Below, in pieces: positions 25,263-36,320 of a stretch of 64,000 nucleotides of DNA (position 1 is its first letter; every line of letters begins with the position of its first letter). The notes beneath the pieces were generated by a model. It ran no database searches and had not been told where the DNA came from. It saw only the letters and a program-made list of their open reading frames with translations. This DNA is from an uncultured Fidelibacterota bacterium (GTDB taxonomy: Bacteria > Fidelibacterota > Marinisomatia > Marinisomatales > Marinisomataceae): assembly GCA_902538565.1 (NCBI GenBank), contig CACBFQ010000001.1, positions 195,451 through 259,450 on the forward strand, given 5' to 3'. Made by a program: the position numbers and the translations under genes.

Positions 25263-26468
25263 TTAATGATTCCTGTGATTAATTGAATGTACAAGCTCTG
25301 TGTCATTTAATGGTACAAGATTTGATCTTGAGGTTATGTATTTAAAACCCCCAATGAAAATTAATGCAAAACTTAACATTGTAATCAAATCGTAAATACC
25401 AAAATAAAAATCTTGTTTATGTACAGTAGGCATTATGATAAAATTAATATCTATATAATGCATAAATAAAACCCAAATGGTCATAACTTGTAATAACCTA
25501 ATATTTCTTTTCGAACCTCTAAAAATTAAAATGAAAAATGGAATGAAAAATTTCCCTACAATTAATAATACACTTATAACTTTCCAAGAGCCAACCCATC
25601 TGTGGAGATACCATATGGTTTCCTCTGGAATATTGCTGTACCAAATGAAATAAAATTGTGCGCCAGCTATGTAGCAATAGAATACAGTAAAAGCAAATAA
25701 GTACTTTCCTAAATCATGAAAGTGTTCAATAGATACTATATCTTTTAAATATCCCTGATCTTGTAATCTAATTATGGTAAATGTTAAGAAAGCTAAGAAT
25801 GCTAAGAAAGCTCCTGCAAATGTGTAAACACCATACATAGTTGAATACCAGTGCGGATCAAGACTCATTTGCCAATCCAATCCTGCAAATGTAAGACTAA
25901 TAAAGAAAAAGACGCCAATTGGACTCATACAAAAATATCTTAGTCTCTCCAAAATTTTTATGTCACCGCTTTTATCATGTTTCGTAGAATTAAAGTATAT
26001 AAATAGTGCTATAATATTCCATAAAGCAAAATATAGGAATGCTCTGAAAATAAATGAGTCTTCATTTAAATATGCTAATTTGTGTTGAATTAAATAATCA
26101 GCCTCAAAATCATGAGTTTTCCAATAGTAGTGATTAGGAAGCCATTTAAATAACTTTTCCATGCCAAAAATAATTGGAATAAATGGTAGAGTGAATAACG
26201 GTATTAACATAATTGTATTTTCCATGATTCTTCTTATAGACACACTCCAAGTTGCTGAAAAAGCATAATGCACCATAATAAAGAACATTCCACCTAAAAT
26301 GATACTCAACCAATAAAAATATGAAGTTAAGTATGAGAAGTAAAATACCTTATCTGATGAGCCAAAAAACCAAGTTAAAAGTATTGCAATGTAACCAACT
26401 GCAATTAGAATCAAATTATTTGATTTTTTTGAAACATAAGAATAGGTCTTTGGATCAAGATTCATCAT
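25263..26468 (-). CDS. actF: Alternative complex III subunit ActF
   Basis: About 10 TM helices; DWQMSLDPHWYSTMYG, HDLGK and IWYSNIPEE. Confidence 0.9.
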   Translation of the reverse strand: MMNLDPKTYSYVSKKSNNLILIAVGYIAILLTWFFGSSDKVFYFSYLTSYFYWLSIILGGMFFIMVHYAFSATWSVSIRRIMENTIMLIPLFTLPFIPIIFGMEKLFKWLPNHYYWKTHDFEADYLIQHKLAYLNEDSFIFRAFLYFALWNIIALFIYFNSTKHDKSGDIKILERLRYFCMSPIGVFFFISLTFAGLDWQMSLDPHWYSTMYGVYTFAGAFLAFLAFLTFTIIRLQDQGYLKDIVSIEHFHDLGKYLFAFTVFYCYIAGAQFYFIWYSNIPEETIWYLHRWVGSWKVISVLLIVGKFFIPFFILIFRGSKRNIRLLQVMTIWVLFMHYIDINFIIMPTVHKQDFYFGIYDLITMLSFALIFIGGFKYITSRSNLVPLNDTELVHSINHRNH

Positions 26469-27073
26469 GAATTGTCACCTAACTTATTTTGCTCTTCTTG
26501 TGGCAAATCTTCAAAAGTAGCATTTTGACTTCTTTGAAGTGCTCTTACATAATGGACGATCGACCAAACATCTTCAGTATCTATCTGATAACCGTAAGCA
26601 GGCATACTTCGCAGACCATAAACTATAGTATTATACATCTCTCCATCGGCTTGCTCTCTGATGCGTTGATCATGTAAATTTGCTGGAATTACTGGATAAT
26701 CATATTGAGTTACAATACCTTTTCCGTTACCAACCTGTGAGTGGCAAACACTACAATAAATGTTATACCTTTCCTGCCCTCTATCAAGAACTTCAGCAGA
26801 CAATTCAAGTGGGTTAGAAATTATAAATGTGCCGTCATCATTTTTACCACTAATAAATGAATGATTCTCAGCAATCATTCCTCTTGCTACAGTTCCTTCA
26901 ATAGGCTTTCTCATGGTTGATCCATCAGTAAAAAAATTACTTTCTTCCAAAGAACGATATTTCTGTTGATTATCCATATTTGGATTTAAATGTATTGGAG
27001 TACTTTCAAACTTTGAACCTCTGAAACATCCGGTCAGAAATAGTAAACAAAATAAAATAATATTAATTCTCAT
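26465..27073 (-). CDS. actE: ACIII monoheme cytochrome c lipoprotein ActE
   Basis: Lipobox LTGC, CSVCH, Met ligand in SMPAY. Confidence 0.9.
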   Translation of the reverse strand: MRINIILFCLLFLTGCFRGSKFESTPIHLNPNMDNQQKYRSLEESNFFTDGSTMRKPIEGTVARGMIAENHSFISGKNDDGTFIISNPLELSAEVLDRGQERYNIYCSVCHSQVGNGKGIVTQYDYPVIPANLHDQRIREQADGEMYNTIVYGLRSMPAYGYQIDTEDVWSIVHYVRALQRSQNATFEDLPQEEQNKLGDNS

Positions 27074-27596
27074 CTGTCAATACCTCTATTTCAGTTCCAC
27101 CAATATTTTTTAAAAAATCGATTACACCACTTTCATCATACTTAGGATCATCAATTTCAATGCTTACATAAAATGCATCACTACTGACATCAGAAAATTT
27201 TTCAGAATAAAAAACAGGGTGATGGAATCTTGGAATACGATTAAAGAACATCATTCCAAATACTGCACCAAAAGCACTAAATAAAACCATTAACTCAAAA
27301 GTAATAATAGCATACGCAGGATATGCAAAATATGGCTTACCGCTAATGTTCATTGGATATTCAATAGAGTGAATCCAAGTTTGTAGCCCAAAACCAAACA
27401 ATGCTCCAGTTAAACCCATTACTCCAATAACATAACCAAGCTTTGAACGTTTTAAACCCATGGCATCATCCATACCATGAATTGGAAATGGTGAATGACA
27501 ATCAAATTTAGTAAAACCTTCATCACTTACTTTTTCTGCAGCATGCACCAATGATTGAGGATTGTCAAACTTTGCTATTACACCATATTTACTCAT
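27063..27596 (-). CDS. actD: ACIII subunit ActD (DUF3341)
   Basis: SPFPIHG, GKP and ITFELMVL; start set at MSKYG. Confidence 0.9.
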   Translation of the reverse strand: MSKYGVIAKFDNPQSLVHAAEKVSDEGFTKFDCHSPFPIHGMDDAMGLKRSKLGYVIGVMGLTGALFGFGLQTWIHSIEYPMNISGKPYFAYPAYAIITFELMVLFSAFGAVFGMMFFNRIPRFHHPVFYSEKFSDVSSDAFYVSIEIDDPKYDESGVIDFLKNIGGTEIEVLTDEN

Positions 27597-28968
27597 GACT
27601 ATCTCCATGATGTGGATCCGACTCAGGTAAAACTAATTTTGCTTCTGCAATTGAAACCATTGGTAAAAATCTTAGGAATAATAAAAATCCTGTAAAAAAC
27701 AATCCGAACGTTCCCAAGTAAATAGCAACATCCCACATTGTTGGATTATACATTGCCCATGCTCCAGGCATAAAATCTCTATGGAGTGTGATAACAACAA
27801 TAACAAATCTTTCGAACCACATTCCAATATTCACAAGAATAGAGGTAATAAATAAAAATGGAATGTGTCTTCTGTATTTTTCAAACCAAAAGAATTGAGG
27901 TACTACAACATTACAAAATATCATTGCCCAATAACCCCACCAATATGGACCTAAAGCTCTATTAACAAATGCAAAGGATTCGTATGGATTTCCACTATAC
28001 CAAGCAACAAAGAACTCCATGGAATAGGCATACCCAACCATACAGCCTGTTAATAACATAATCTGAGCCATCTTGTCTAAGTGCTCAACAGTGATAATAT
28101 GTCCTAAGTTATAGACTTTTCTTGCAATGATTGAAAGGGTCATAACCATCCCAAAGCCAGAATAAATTGCTCCAGCTACAAAATAAGGTGGAAAAATTGT
28201 TGTGTGCCAACCAGGAATTACACTTGTTGCAAAGTCAGAGCTAACAACACTGTGCACAGATAAAACTAGAGGAGTTGAAATACCAGCAAGTACTAAATAG
28301 GCAAGCTCATAGTGTTGCCATTGACGATTTCCACCTCTCCATCCAAGAGCAAAAAATCCATAAACTTTCTTTTTTAAACCTTTTGCTCTGTCTCTTAATG
28401 TTGCTAAATCAGGTATTAAGCCTGTGTACCAAAAAAGTAAAGAAACAGTAAAATATGTAAAGACAGCAAAGAAGTCCCAAATCAATGGACTGCGCATGTT
28501 AGGCCACATTCCCATTTGGTTTGGAAGTGGTAAGAACCAATATGCAACCCATATTCTACCAACGTGAATTCCAGGAAAAACTAGTGCACAAATAACAGCA
28601 AACAAAGTCATGGTTTCTGCAAACCTGTTAATTGCATTTCTCCAGTTCTGTCTGAACAAATGTAAGATTGCGGATATCAATGTACCAGCATGACCTATAC
28701 CAACCCACCAAACAAAATTGATGATAGCCCAACCCCAAAAAACAGGATTATTAATACCCCATATTCCAGTACCTTCCCAAATTAGAAATCCAACGCTTCC
28801 AACAAAAATAGATAAAAGCGAAAGTGAAAATCCAAATAATAACCACCATTGAATTGGTGTTTTTTTCTGTTCAGGTACACCAGCAATATCCTCAGTAATA
28901 GATGTAAAATCCTGGTTTCCAGGAAGAAGTTTTTCTGCTCTAATCAAAGCTTTTGATTTGATTGACAT
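27589..28968 (-). CDS. actC: ACIII quinol-oxidising subunit ActC (NrfD/PsrC family)
   Basis: [22 protein letters not shown] and PPYFVAGAI. Confidence 0.93.
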   Translation of the reverse strand: MSIKSKALIRAEKLLPGNQDFTSITEDIAGVPEQKKTPIQWWLLFGFSLSLLSIFVGSVGFLIWEGTGIWGINNPVFWGWAIINFVWWVGIGHAGTLISAILHLFRQNWRNAINRFAETMTLFAVICALVFPGIHVGRIWVAYWFLPLPNQMGMWPNMRSPLIWDFFAVFTYFTVSLLFWYTGLIPDLATLRDRAKGLKKKVYGFFALGWRGGNRQWQHYELAYLVLAGISTPLVLSVHSVVSSDFATSVIPGWHTTIFPPYFVAGAIYSGFGMVMTLSIIARKVYNLGHIITVEHLDKMAQIMLLTGCMVGYAYSMEFFVAWYSGNPYESFAFVNRALGPYWWGYWAMIFCNVVVPQFFWFEKYRRHIPFLFITSILVNIGMWFERFVIVVITLHRDFMPGAWAMYNPTMWDVAIYLGTFGLFFTGFLLFLRFLPMVSIAEAKLVLPESDPHHGDSHE

Positions 28969-31900
28969 CTATTGATAACTCCCATTTTGAGATTTTGAAA
29001 CAAGCATTGGGTTCTGATTTCTAATTTTTGCCAAATAAGTTGTTCGTGGAGCAGTACCTAAATGAGCTAGTAATGCATAATCGCGATTTCTTCTTTTTGC
29101 TTTGCTAACTTCACTGTTAGGATCATTTATATCTCCGAATTTAATTGCATCAGCGGGACATGATTGTTGACAAGCAACCTGGAAGTCTCCATCTTTAATT
29201 TCTCTTCCTTCATTTTCCGCAGTAATTCTAGCTGAGCTAATTCTTTGATAACAGTATGTACATTTTTCCATTACACCTCTAAACCTGATGGAAACATCCG
29301 GATTCATTGCCATCTGTACCACTTCAGGCAAATCTCTTGTGTAATTGTAAAAATTAAATTTTCTTACCTTGTAAGGACAATTATTTGCACAATATCTGGT
29401 TCCAAGGCATCTATTATAAGTCATTTGATTTACACCATCGGAAGAGTGTGTCGTAGCAGCTACTGGACAGACAGATTCACAAGGTGCAAGCTCACAATGA
29501 ACACAAGCTACAGATTGAGTCGACACTTCAGGATTATCAGGATCTCCAGCAAAATAATTATCTATTCTTATCCAATGCATTTCTCTACCATTCATAACCT
29601 GCTGCTTACCTACAACTGGAATATTATTTTCACTTTGGCAAGCAATGGAACAAGCATTACAAGAAGTACAACTCGTTAGATCGATTGACATTCCCCATTG
29701 TGGTCCTTTTGAATAATCCCAATCAGGATTATACATTGAATGATCAGCCCAACTTCTATTCTTATCTGGTTTATGTTGTTCAACCTTTTTTTGAACCCAA
29801 TCAGGATTATCTTTATAGTAATCTAGTGTTGACTGTTTAACTAATTCTGGTATTCTTGATTGTGTCTCTTTATTGGCAAGGTCATCAAAACCTGGTGCAG
29901 CATACTTATCATCCTCTAATCCGTGATGATCTTGAGTTGAAGCTAGTGGATATGTTTCGCTTAAAACTTTTATAGATCCATTTAATATAAATGATGGACT
30001 ATCAGAACTTCTTAATGGATAAACATTAAATCCAACTTCATTTCCAATTCTTCCATTGAATTTTCTTCCATAACCCAATTCAAGGGTTATTGATTTTTGA
30101 TTTTGTCCTGGTGTTATAAAAGCAGGAATATTTATAGATTTATCTCCAACTGAGATTTCTAACATTTGACCATTTTTGATATTTAGTTTCTTTGCAACCT
30201 TTATACTAATTAGTGCAGCATTATCCCAAGTTAGGCTTGTTATTGGCTTAGGAATTTCTTGCAACCAACCGTTGTTTGCATACCTCCCATCGTAAACAGA
30301 AGAGGAAGGACAAAAAACAATTTCAAATTTATCATTATTTAAACTATAATTATTTAATACAGCTGTAGATATTTTTGAAGCAGGCCTGACATTGACCTTT
30401 TTAAAAATTGGTTTTTTATATAACCCATCATGTAAAACTTTATCCCATTCTCTTTCAAAATTTCCACTTTTAATAATGTTTGATTTCCAAACATTTTTAA
30501 CAGTATCATACGCACTTTGCTCTTTTGAGTGAATGATTGGAGAAAGTACTTGGATGATACTTTTAGAATCAAATAATGGCATAATTTGAGGTTGAACAAT
30601 ACTTACATGTCCATCGTAAGTCATTGCATCTCCCCAACATTCAAAATAATGGTTCATAGCAATATTCCATGAACATAGCTTTGAGGTTTCATCAATTATA
30701 TTAGTTAGATGAACTGAATTTTTAACTTTTTTCAATGATTCTGCAAAATCAAAATCAACAGGAGAATCATAAACTGGATTGGCGCCAAGAATGATTAAAT
30801 TATTAATCTTGCCATTTTTCATGTCATTGCAAAGTGACTCAAAATTCTTTATCGATGAAACCTGAGACATATTTAAAGGATAATAATCAACAGGAGCTTT
30901 TAAATTATAATTAATTAGAGCAATCAATTGGTGGAACTCTTTAGATAAAGATGAACCTCCAATTATAATTGATTCACCTCTTCCATCAAATAAGTCTTTT
31001 GCGGCAGCTTTAACCCATAAATTATTTGAACTCTTAACTTTTTTGGCTTCAATTCTTAATCCAAGCTGTTTGAGTTCATAAGCTAATTCAGCTAATAAAT
31101 TTTCCATCTCATATTGAGGGACATTTAGCCTGTGATCAGCACTTGTTCCGGTAGATGATATAGAGCTTTCAGCAACATACAATCTATTCATGGTGCTATT
31201 TTCGTCAACAATGTTTCTATTCTGAGCAAACTTTCTTGTATGGTATATATTATTATCATCGACTCCCAAAAAGTCTGAACCCAATGAAACTATAATCTGA
31301 GCTTTTTCTAATCTATAAAGCGGTTGCAATCTTTTTGAAAACGCTAGTTCGATTCCGTCATATAAATTTTCGTTATTAACTGATTCATATACAACCCAAT
31401 CTGCATTTGGTAAATTCTTTTTAAAGTCTTCCTGAATAGACTTAATAGTTGGGGAAGATGACTCTTGCATGAGCACTGCCAAACCTTTACCATTTCCATC
31501 ATTGATACTTTTAGCAAACTTTAAATATTCATTCCAATCAACTTTATTACCTTTAAACTTTACACCTCTTGCTCTATCAGGATCATACATTTCTAATGTG
31601 CTAGCCTGTGCAAAGGAATTTGATTTACCTAAAGAAGTTGGATGTTTTTCATTACCCTCAACTTTCACAGGTCTTTCATCATGATTTTCAATAACAACAC
31701 CTAAAGCATTATTTTTAAAAGGTAAAGTACTTGCATAATATTTAGGAATACCAGGAATTGTACCAATTTCAGCTTCAACATAAGGGATGATTTTTTGAAC
31801 AGGCTTTTTACAACCCTCTAATCCAGCAAGCGCAACTGATGCAGCAATCAATGATAAAAAATTTCTTCTTGAAAGACCGTTATCAACATTATGCTCAGAC

Positions 31901-32043
31901 TGTTTTAAAAAACGATTATAATCATCTTCTGATGAAATATCTTTAAGACTTTTCCAGTACCCAAATTCTTGATTAGTAGTATCCTCAAGAACGTGAGAAT
32001 TAGTCTTAACAAATTCTTGATTCTTCTTTTCTATCTGTGACAT
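28969..32043 (-). CDS. actB: ACIII subunit ActB (molybdopterin-fold plus Fe-S domain, Tat-exported)
   Basis: SRRNFL Tat motif; Cys clusters CTSCNACSIAC, CVHCELAPCESVCP, CLGTRYCANNCP and CTYC..CQQSCP. Confidence 0.93.
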   Translation of the reverse strand: MSQIEKKNQEFVKTNSHVLEDTTNQEFGYWKSLKDISSEDDYNRFLKQSEHNVDNGLSRRNFLSLIAASVALAGLEGCKKPVQKIIPYVEAEIGTIPGIPKYYASTLPFKNNALGVVIENHDERPVKVEGNEKHPTSLGKSNSFAQASTLEMYDPDRARGVKFKGNKVDWNEYLKFAKSINDGNGKGLAVLMQESSSPTIKSIQEDFKKNLPNADWVVYESVNNENLYDGIELAFSKRLQPLYRLEKAQIIVSLGSDFLGVDDNNIYHTRKFAQNRNIVDENSTMNRLYVAESSISSTGTSADHRLNVPQYEMENLLAELAYELKQLGLRIEAKKVKSSNNLWVKAAAKDLFDGRGESIIIGGSSLSKEFHQLIALINYNLKAPVDYYPLNMSQVSSIKNFESLCNDMKNGKINNLIILGANPVYDSPVDFDFAESLKKVKNSVHLTNIIDETSKLCSWNIAMNHYFECWGDAMTYDGHVSIVQPQIMPLFDSKSIIQVLSPIIHSKEQSAYDTVKNVWKSNIIKSGNFEREWDKVLHDGLYKKPIFKKVNVRPASKISTAVLNNYSLNNDKFEIVFCPSSSVYDGRYANNGWLQEIPKPITSLTWDNAALISIKVAKKLNIKNGQMLEISVGDKSINIPAFITPGQNQKSITLELGYGRKFNGRIGNEVGFNVYPLRSSDSPSFILNGSIKVLSETYPLASTQDHHGLEDDKYAAPGFDDLANKETQSRIPELVKQSTLDYYKDNPDWVQKKVEQHKPDKNRSWADHSMYNPDWDYSKGPQWGMSIDLTSCTSCNACSIACQSENNIPVVGKQQVMNGREMHWIRIDNYFAGDPDNPEVSTQSVACVHCELAPCESVCPVAATTHSSDGVNQMTYNRCLGTRYCANNCPYKVRKFNFYNYTRDLPEVVQMAMNPDVSIRFRGVMEKCTYCYQRISSARITAENEGREIKDGDFQVACQQSCPADAIKFGDINDPNSEVSKAKRRNRDYALLAHLGTAPRTTYLAKIRNQNPMLVSKSQNGSYQ

Positions 32044-32678
32044 TTTTGACAATCCTCAACAGGTCTTTCTTCACCATGTTCTGCTACCCACGATGAAACA
32101 AATTGATCATAATCTGCAGGTGGAGTCCAATACATATTGGTTACTTCACTTACAGGTCTTACTTCAGGTGCATCAGATCTATGACAATCTAAACACCAAT
32201 CCATACTTAAAGGTTGGACTTGATAAACAACTTCCATTTCTGCAATATTTCCATGACAAGATATACAAGCTACTCCAGAATTAACATGAACGCTGTGATT
32301 AAAATAAGCGTATTCTGGAAGCATGTGAACTTTTATCCATTCAATTGGTTTTCCAGTTTCCCAACTTTCTCTTACTAATTTCAATTTTTCGCTGTCAGTT
32401 TTTACATAAGTATGACAGCCCATACATGTTTCAGTTGGAGGTATTACTGCTGAATAGCCTTGCTCAACACCAACATGACAATAGCGGCAATCTATACCCA
32501 TATCACCAGCGTGTAATTTATGACTATATGGAACTGGTTGAGTTGGCGCATAACCAACATCTGTATAGTAAGGAGAGCCATAATACCAAATAAAAGAAGA
32601 TAACGAAAAGATTAGCAGAAAAACTGCTATCAGGAAAATTCCTGGAAAATTATTTGTCCATCTTGGGAATATTTGCAT
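32031..32678 (-). CDS. actA: ACIII pentaheme cytochrome c ActA
   Basis: Five CxxCH motifs (CRYCH, CMGCH, CISCH, CLDCH, CQKCH); N-terminal TM. Confidence 0.93.
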   Translation of the reverse strand: MQIFPRWTNNFPGIFLIAVFLLIFSLSSFIWYYGSPYYTDVGYAPTQPVPYSHKLHAGDMGIDCRYCHVGVEQGYSAVIPPTETCMGCHTYVKTDSEKLKLVRESWETGKPIEWIKVHMLPEYAYFNHSVHVNSGVACISCHGNIAEMEVVYQVQPLSMDWCLDCHRSDAPEVRPVSEVTNMYWTPPADYDQFVSSWVAEHGEERPVEDCQKCHR

Positions 32679-32726
32679 TTTAACTCTTATAAAAAACCTT
32701 AATAATTTTCATAAAATTATGTGTAA

Positions 32727-32755
32727 ACATTACGTCTATAATGGTCTTCAGTCAA
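32727..32755 (-). promoter_or_regulatory. sigma70 promoter of the act-cta operon
   Basis: TTGACT-17nt-TAATGT on the minus strand. Confidence 0.6.
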
Positions 32756-32809
32756 GAGATAAAACTTAAGTATTAACTTTTTTTGATTAAATATGATAAA
32801 TTCAAATTC

Positions 32810-34219
32810 ATGAACGAATCATATAAAGTTATTTCTTCATCAATTCTATTCTGGTTTTCTCAAAAAAAATGGTTTGTTTACAGTGTACTCATTTCAATAT
32901 TTCTTTTAAATTTATCTACGCCAGTTGGACTTACAGTTCCAGCCTATCACAGCTTAATTATACTTCTGCTCGTTTTTATGCTTGTAACATTTGAACCTAT
33001 ACCATTTCCAGCTATCGCATTACTTACATTAGTTTTACAAGTTGTTCTTGGAGTTGCACCTCCAGATGTTGTAGCCTCTTCTTTTATGAATGATGCAGTA
33101 TTATTTGTGATGGGCTCATTAATGTTCGCTATTGCAATTGTACATCAAGGACTTGATATACGATTAGCAAAATTGATTATTAAAATTTTTGGGAAAAGTA
33201 AAAGAATGTTTTTAGCAGGACTTATGACTATCTCTGCTATTCTATCTTCTTTCCTGGGGGAGCATACAGTTATTGCAATTATGCTACCGATTGGCTTATC
33301 TGTAATAAAAAATATTGACACCCAACAAGCAGATGGAAAAAATGCTGTACTGCTCACTTTATTTTCTATCGCTTATGGTACAATTATTGGATCAATTGGA
33401 ACGCCATCTGGTGGAGCTAGAAATGTAATAATGATTAACTATCTTCAAGAATTTAGTAATGTCAGTATTGATTATTGGAAATGGATGAAGCACGCATATC
33501 CGATTTTAATGATACAGTTAGTTGTGGCTTATTTTGTGCTTCAATTTACTTTTCCATCTTCATTGAACAATATTAAAATGCGAGGATTCAAAAAAAATGT
33601 TGGTAAAACAGATGTGAAAAAAAATATAAACCATCTTTTTTCATGTTTAATCATCATTGGTATTGTTTCAAGCTGGTTTGCATTTAATGATATTTATGGG
33701 TTAGGAATAATTGCACTTGCCGGAGCGTTAACGTTTATGATTTTTGGAATGATTTCATGGGAAGAAATAAATAAAAATACAAACTGGGGAGTCATTCTTC
33801 TTTTTGCAGCAACAATTTCATTGGGGTTTCAAATTAATGAAACAGGCGCTTCCTCATGGCTTGTTTTAAAATTCAATGAATTGTTAGCAACTTTGCCTTC
33901 AAATTCAATGAATGTAAGTTGGTCAATAATGGCGGTTTTATCGGGACTTACTGCTAACTTTTTTACTAGCTCAGCTACTGTATCTTTAATTGGACCAATG
34001 GCGATTGAGCTTCATCCAACAGATATTTCCTTTGCTCTTTCTTCAGCAATAGCCTCAGGGTTTTCATTCTTAACTGTAATTTCATCTCCAACAGCAATGA
34101 TTATATACTCTACTGGGCTGGTTTCGACTAAAATGTTTTTTAGAGTTGGAACATTGATGTTTAGTATTTCGATTATTATTTTGTATTTAATGTCACAATT
34201 TTATTGGGTAAAGCTATGA
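32810..34219 (+). CDS. DASS/SLC13 Na+:anion (sulfate/carboxylate) symporter
   Basis: GSIGTPSGGARN, WGVILLF and SPTAMIIYSTG; many TM helices; ATG start chosen after TG-n-TAAATT. Confidence 0.88.
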   Translation: MNESYKVISSSILFWFSQKKWFVYSVLISIFLLNLSTPVGLTVPAYHSLIILLLVFMLVTFEPIPFPAIALLTLVLQVVLGVAPPDVVASSFMNDAVLFVMGSLMFAIAIVHQGLDIRLAKLIIKIFGKSKRMFLAGLMTISAILSSFLGEHTVIAIMLPIGLSVIKNIDTQQADGKNAVLLTLFSIAYGTIIGSIGTPSGGARNVIMINYLQEFSNVSIDYWKWMKHAYPILMIQLVVAYFVLQFTFPSSLNNIKMRGFKKNVGKTDVKKNINHLFSCLIIIGIVSSWFAFNDIYGLGIIALAGALTFMIFGMISWEEINKNTNWGVILLFAATISLGFQINETGASSWLVLKFNELLATLPSNSMNVSWSIMAVLSGLTANFFTSSATVSLIGPMAIELHPTDISFALSSAIASGFSFLTVISSPTAMIIYSTGLVSTKMFFRVGTLMFSISIIILYLMSQFYWVKL

Positions 34220-35097
34220 AAATTTTAATTGCTATTGGTGGAAGAGAATTCTCGAAACCTACTTTAGATCTTGGAATGAAAATTGCAAATTCATTTAAGT
34301 GTTCGACAACAATTGCATATGTTGGTAAAAAAATAAGTCAATTTTCAGAAAAAGATGTAAGTGTAGTGCATCAAAATTTGGATGATAGAGAACTTTATAG
34401 GCCTGGAATTAGAACGCTTGAGTGGGCATACGATTTCTTAATATCAAAAAAATATATTGAAGAAAAAGACTCCAATAAATTTGATGATTACTTATTAGTT
34501 GATGAAGAAAATTCGAGAATGAAAGTATTACTAAAAGGACAACAGTCAGATAAAATTGATTTAATCATGCGCACGGGTGAAATAATTGAACAACTAAAAG
34601 ATGAAGTAGAAACAAATAAGCATGATATAACCATAATTGGTGGTGGTGGAAATAAAGGGATTCATCAAAAACTGGTTCAATTTATTGATAGTTCAGTTTT
34701 TGTTGTCAAAAATTATTCAGTTAATAAAAAGTATAAAATACTCCTGCCGGTAAATGACTCCATGGGTTCAGATATGGCTATAGAAACTGCTATAAATTTT
34801 GCAAAATCTTATAAACTTAATGTTGAAATAGTTTCTGTTCCGGAAGGGAAAAAATCGATTGAAGAAGTAGAAAAAATACTGAAGAAAACAAAAGAAAAGT
34901 TTTCAAAAAATAGAATTAAAACTACAACAAAATTAATTGATGGCTCTGCAGTAGATTCAATTGTCAATTATGCAAAAGATGATAGCATTGTAATTCTTGG
35001 AGTGTCTCCAAAAAATCCAATCATGAAATACTTTTTTGGCAGTAAGCCTTTAAGTATTGCGCAAAAATGTAATTGTCCCGTTCTAATTACTAAGTAA
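34216..35097 (+). CDS. Tandem universal stress protein
   Basis: KILIAIGG and KILLPVND strands; C-terminal FFGS...CPVLI. Confidence 0.82.
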   Translation: MKILIAIGGREFSKPTLDLGMKIANSFKCSTTIAYVGKKISQFSEKDVSVVHQNLDDRELYRPGIRTLEWAYDFLISKKYIEEKDSNKFDDYLLVDEENSRMKVLLKGQQSDKIDLIMRTGEIIEQLKDEVETNKHDITIIGGGGNKGIHQKLVQFIDSSVFVVKNYSVNKKYKILLPVNDSMGSDMAIETAINFAKSYKLNVEIVSVPEGKKSIEEVEKILKKTKEKFSKNRIKTTTKLIDGSAVDSIVNYAKDDSIVILGVSPKNPIMKYFFGSKPLSIAQKCNCPVLITK

Positions 35098-35590
35098 GTA
35101 ATTCAACTACTTTATCATAGTCAGGCTCCTGCCCTGTCTGCTCAACAAGCTGCGTATGAATAATCTCATGATTAGAATCTGTAACAATTACCGATCTAGC
35201 AAGTAGCCCTTGAAATTTTCCGTTTGTATGAAGAATTCCAAAATTATTAGCAAAATCTTCATTTCTCATATCTGATAAAAAGACTATATCATTTAGATTA
35301 TGATTAATACAAAATTGTTTAAGTCCAAAAGCCAAATCTCTTGATATGCATAGAACTACTATATTATCAAAATTACTTGCTAAGTTATTGAATTGTACAA
35401 CTGATGCAGAACATACCGGAGTGTTCATGCTTGGGAAAATATTTAGTACTAATCTTTTTCCTTTAAATTGCTCTAAATCAACATTATTTAAATCACCATC
35501 TGCTAATAAAAAGTTTGGTAATGAACTACCTACCTCTGGCAATTCACCATTTAATGTTACTTCAAAGTCACCTAATTTTACTTTTGCCAT
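35090..35590 (-). CDS. tpx: Thiol peroxidase Tpx
   Basis: NIFPSMNTPVC, ISRDL..FC, LLARSV and EPDY. Confidence 0.92.
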   Translation of the reverse strand: MAKVKLGDFEVTLNGELPEVGSSLPNFLLADGDLNNVDLEQFKGKRLVLNIFPSMNTPVCSASVVQFNNLASNFDNIVVLCISRDLAFGLKQFCINHNLNDIVFLSDMRNEDFANNFGILHTNGKFQGLLARSVIVTDSNHEIIHTQLVEQTGQEPDYDKVVELLT

Positions 35591-35673
35591 ATTTTTCCCT
35601 ACTTATGTTTATTATATATAAACTAAATTAGAATTAAATTTATGAATTAAAAATTGATTAAAAGGAGTTTTTT

Positions 35674-36276
35674 ATGAATGACACAAGAAAATTTAATCTT
35701 CCTCCATTACCTTTTGGAGAAAATGACTTATCTCCAATCATATCATCTGACACCATTCAGTTACATTATGGTAAACATCATCAAGCATACTTCAATATGT
35801 TGAATACCTTAGCTGAAGGAACCAAATATAATGATATGAGCCTTGAAGATGTAGTGGTTGAAAGCTTTAAGGATAAAGAGCAGAAGATTTTTAATAATGC
35901 TGGACAAGCATGGAACCATATCCTTTACTGGGATCAAATGAAACCAGGAGGCGAAACTGCTCCTAGTGGTAAGCTTCATACAATGATTGAAAGTTCATTT
36001 GGAGATTTTGATTCTTTCAAAGATCAATTCGTTCAACAATCAGTTGGAGTTTTTGGAAGTGGTTGGTGCTGGTTAGTTCAAAATGATTCATCTTTGGAAA
36101 TCATGGGAACACCAAATGGTGAGAATCCTCTAGCCCATGGAAAACATGCTCTTATGGGAATTGATGTTTGGGAACATGCGTACTATTTAGATTATAAAAA
36201 TATTCGCCCAGATTATGTTAAAGCAATTCTAGACAATTCGATAAATTGGAGTTTTGTTTCAGATAAATTAAAGTAA
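35674..36276 (+). CDS. sodB: Superoxide dismutase, probably Fe-type
   Basis: HYGKHH, FNNAGQAWNH (Fe-type Gln) and DVWEHAYY; AGGAG RBS. Confidence 0.9.
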   Translation: MNDTRKFNLPPLPFGENDLSPIISSDTIQLHYGKHHQAYFNMLNTLAEGTKYNDMSLEDVVVESFKDKEQKIFNNAGQAWNHILYWDQMKPGGETAPSGKLHTMIESSFGDFDSFKDQFVQQSVGVFGSGWCWLVQNDSSLEIMGTPNGENPLAHGKHALMGIDVWEHAYYLDYKNIRPDYVKAILDNSINWSFVSDKLK

Positions 36277-36308
36277 AAAAAAGGCGAATTAAATATTCGC
36301 CTTTTTTT
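36276..36308. terminator. Bidirectional intrinsic terminator
   Basis: AAAAAAAGGCGAAT-TAAAT-ATTCGCCTTTTTTT between convergent genes. Confidence 0.9.
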
Positions 36309-36320
36309 AATTTCAATTCG

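Noticed and set aside
28969-32043. ActB as an active molybdoenzyme (nitrate or polysulfide reductase)
   Set aside because: Context and fusion architecture match ACIII, whose B1 domain is known to lack a Mo cofactor.
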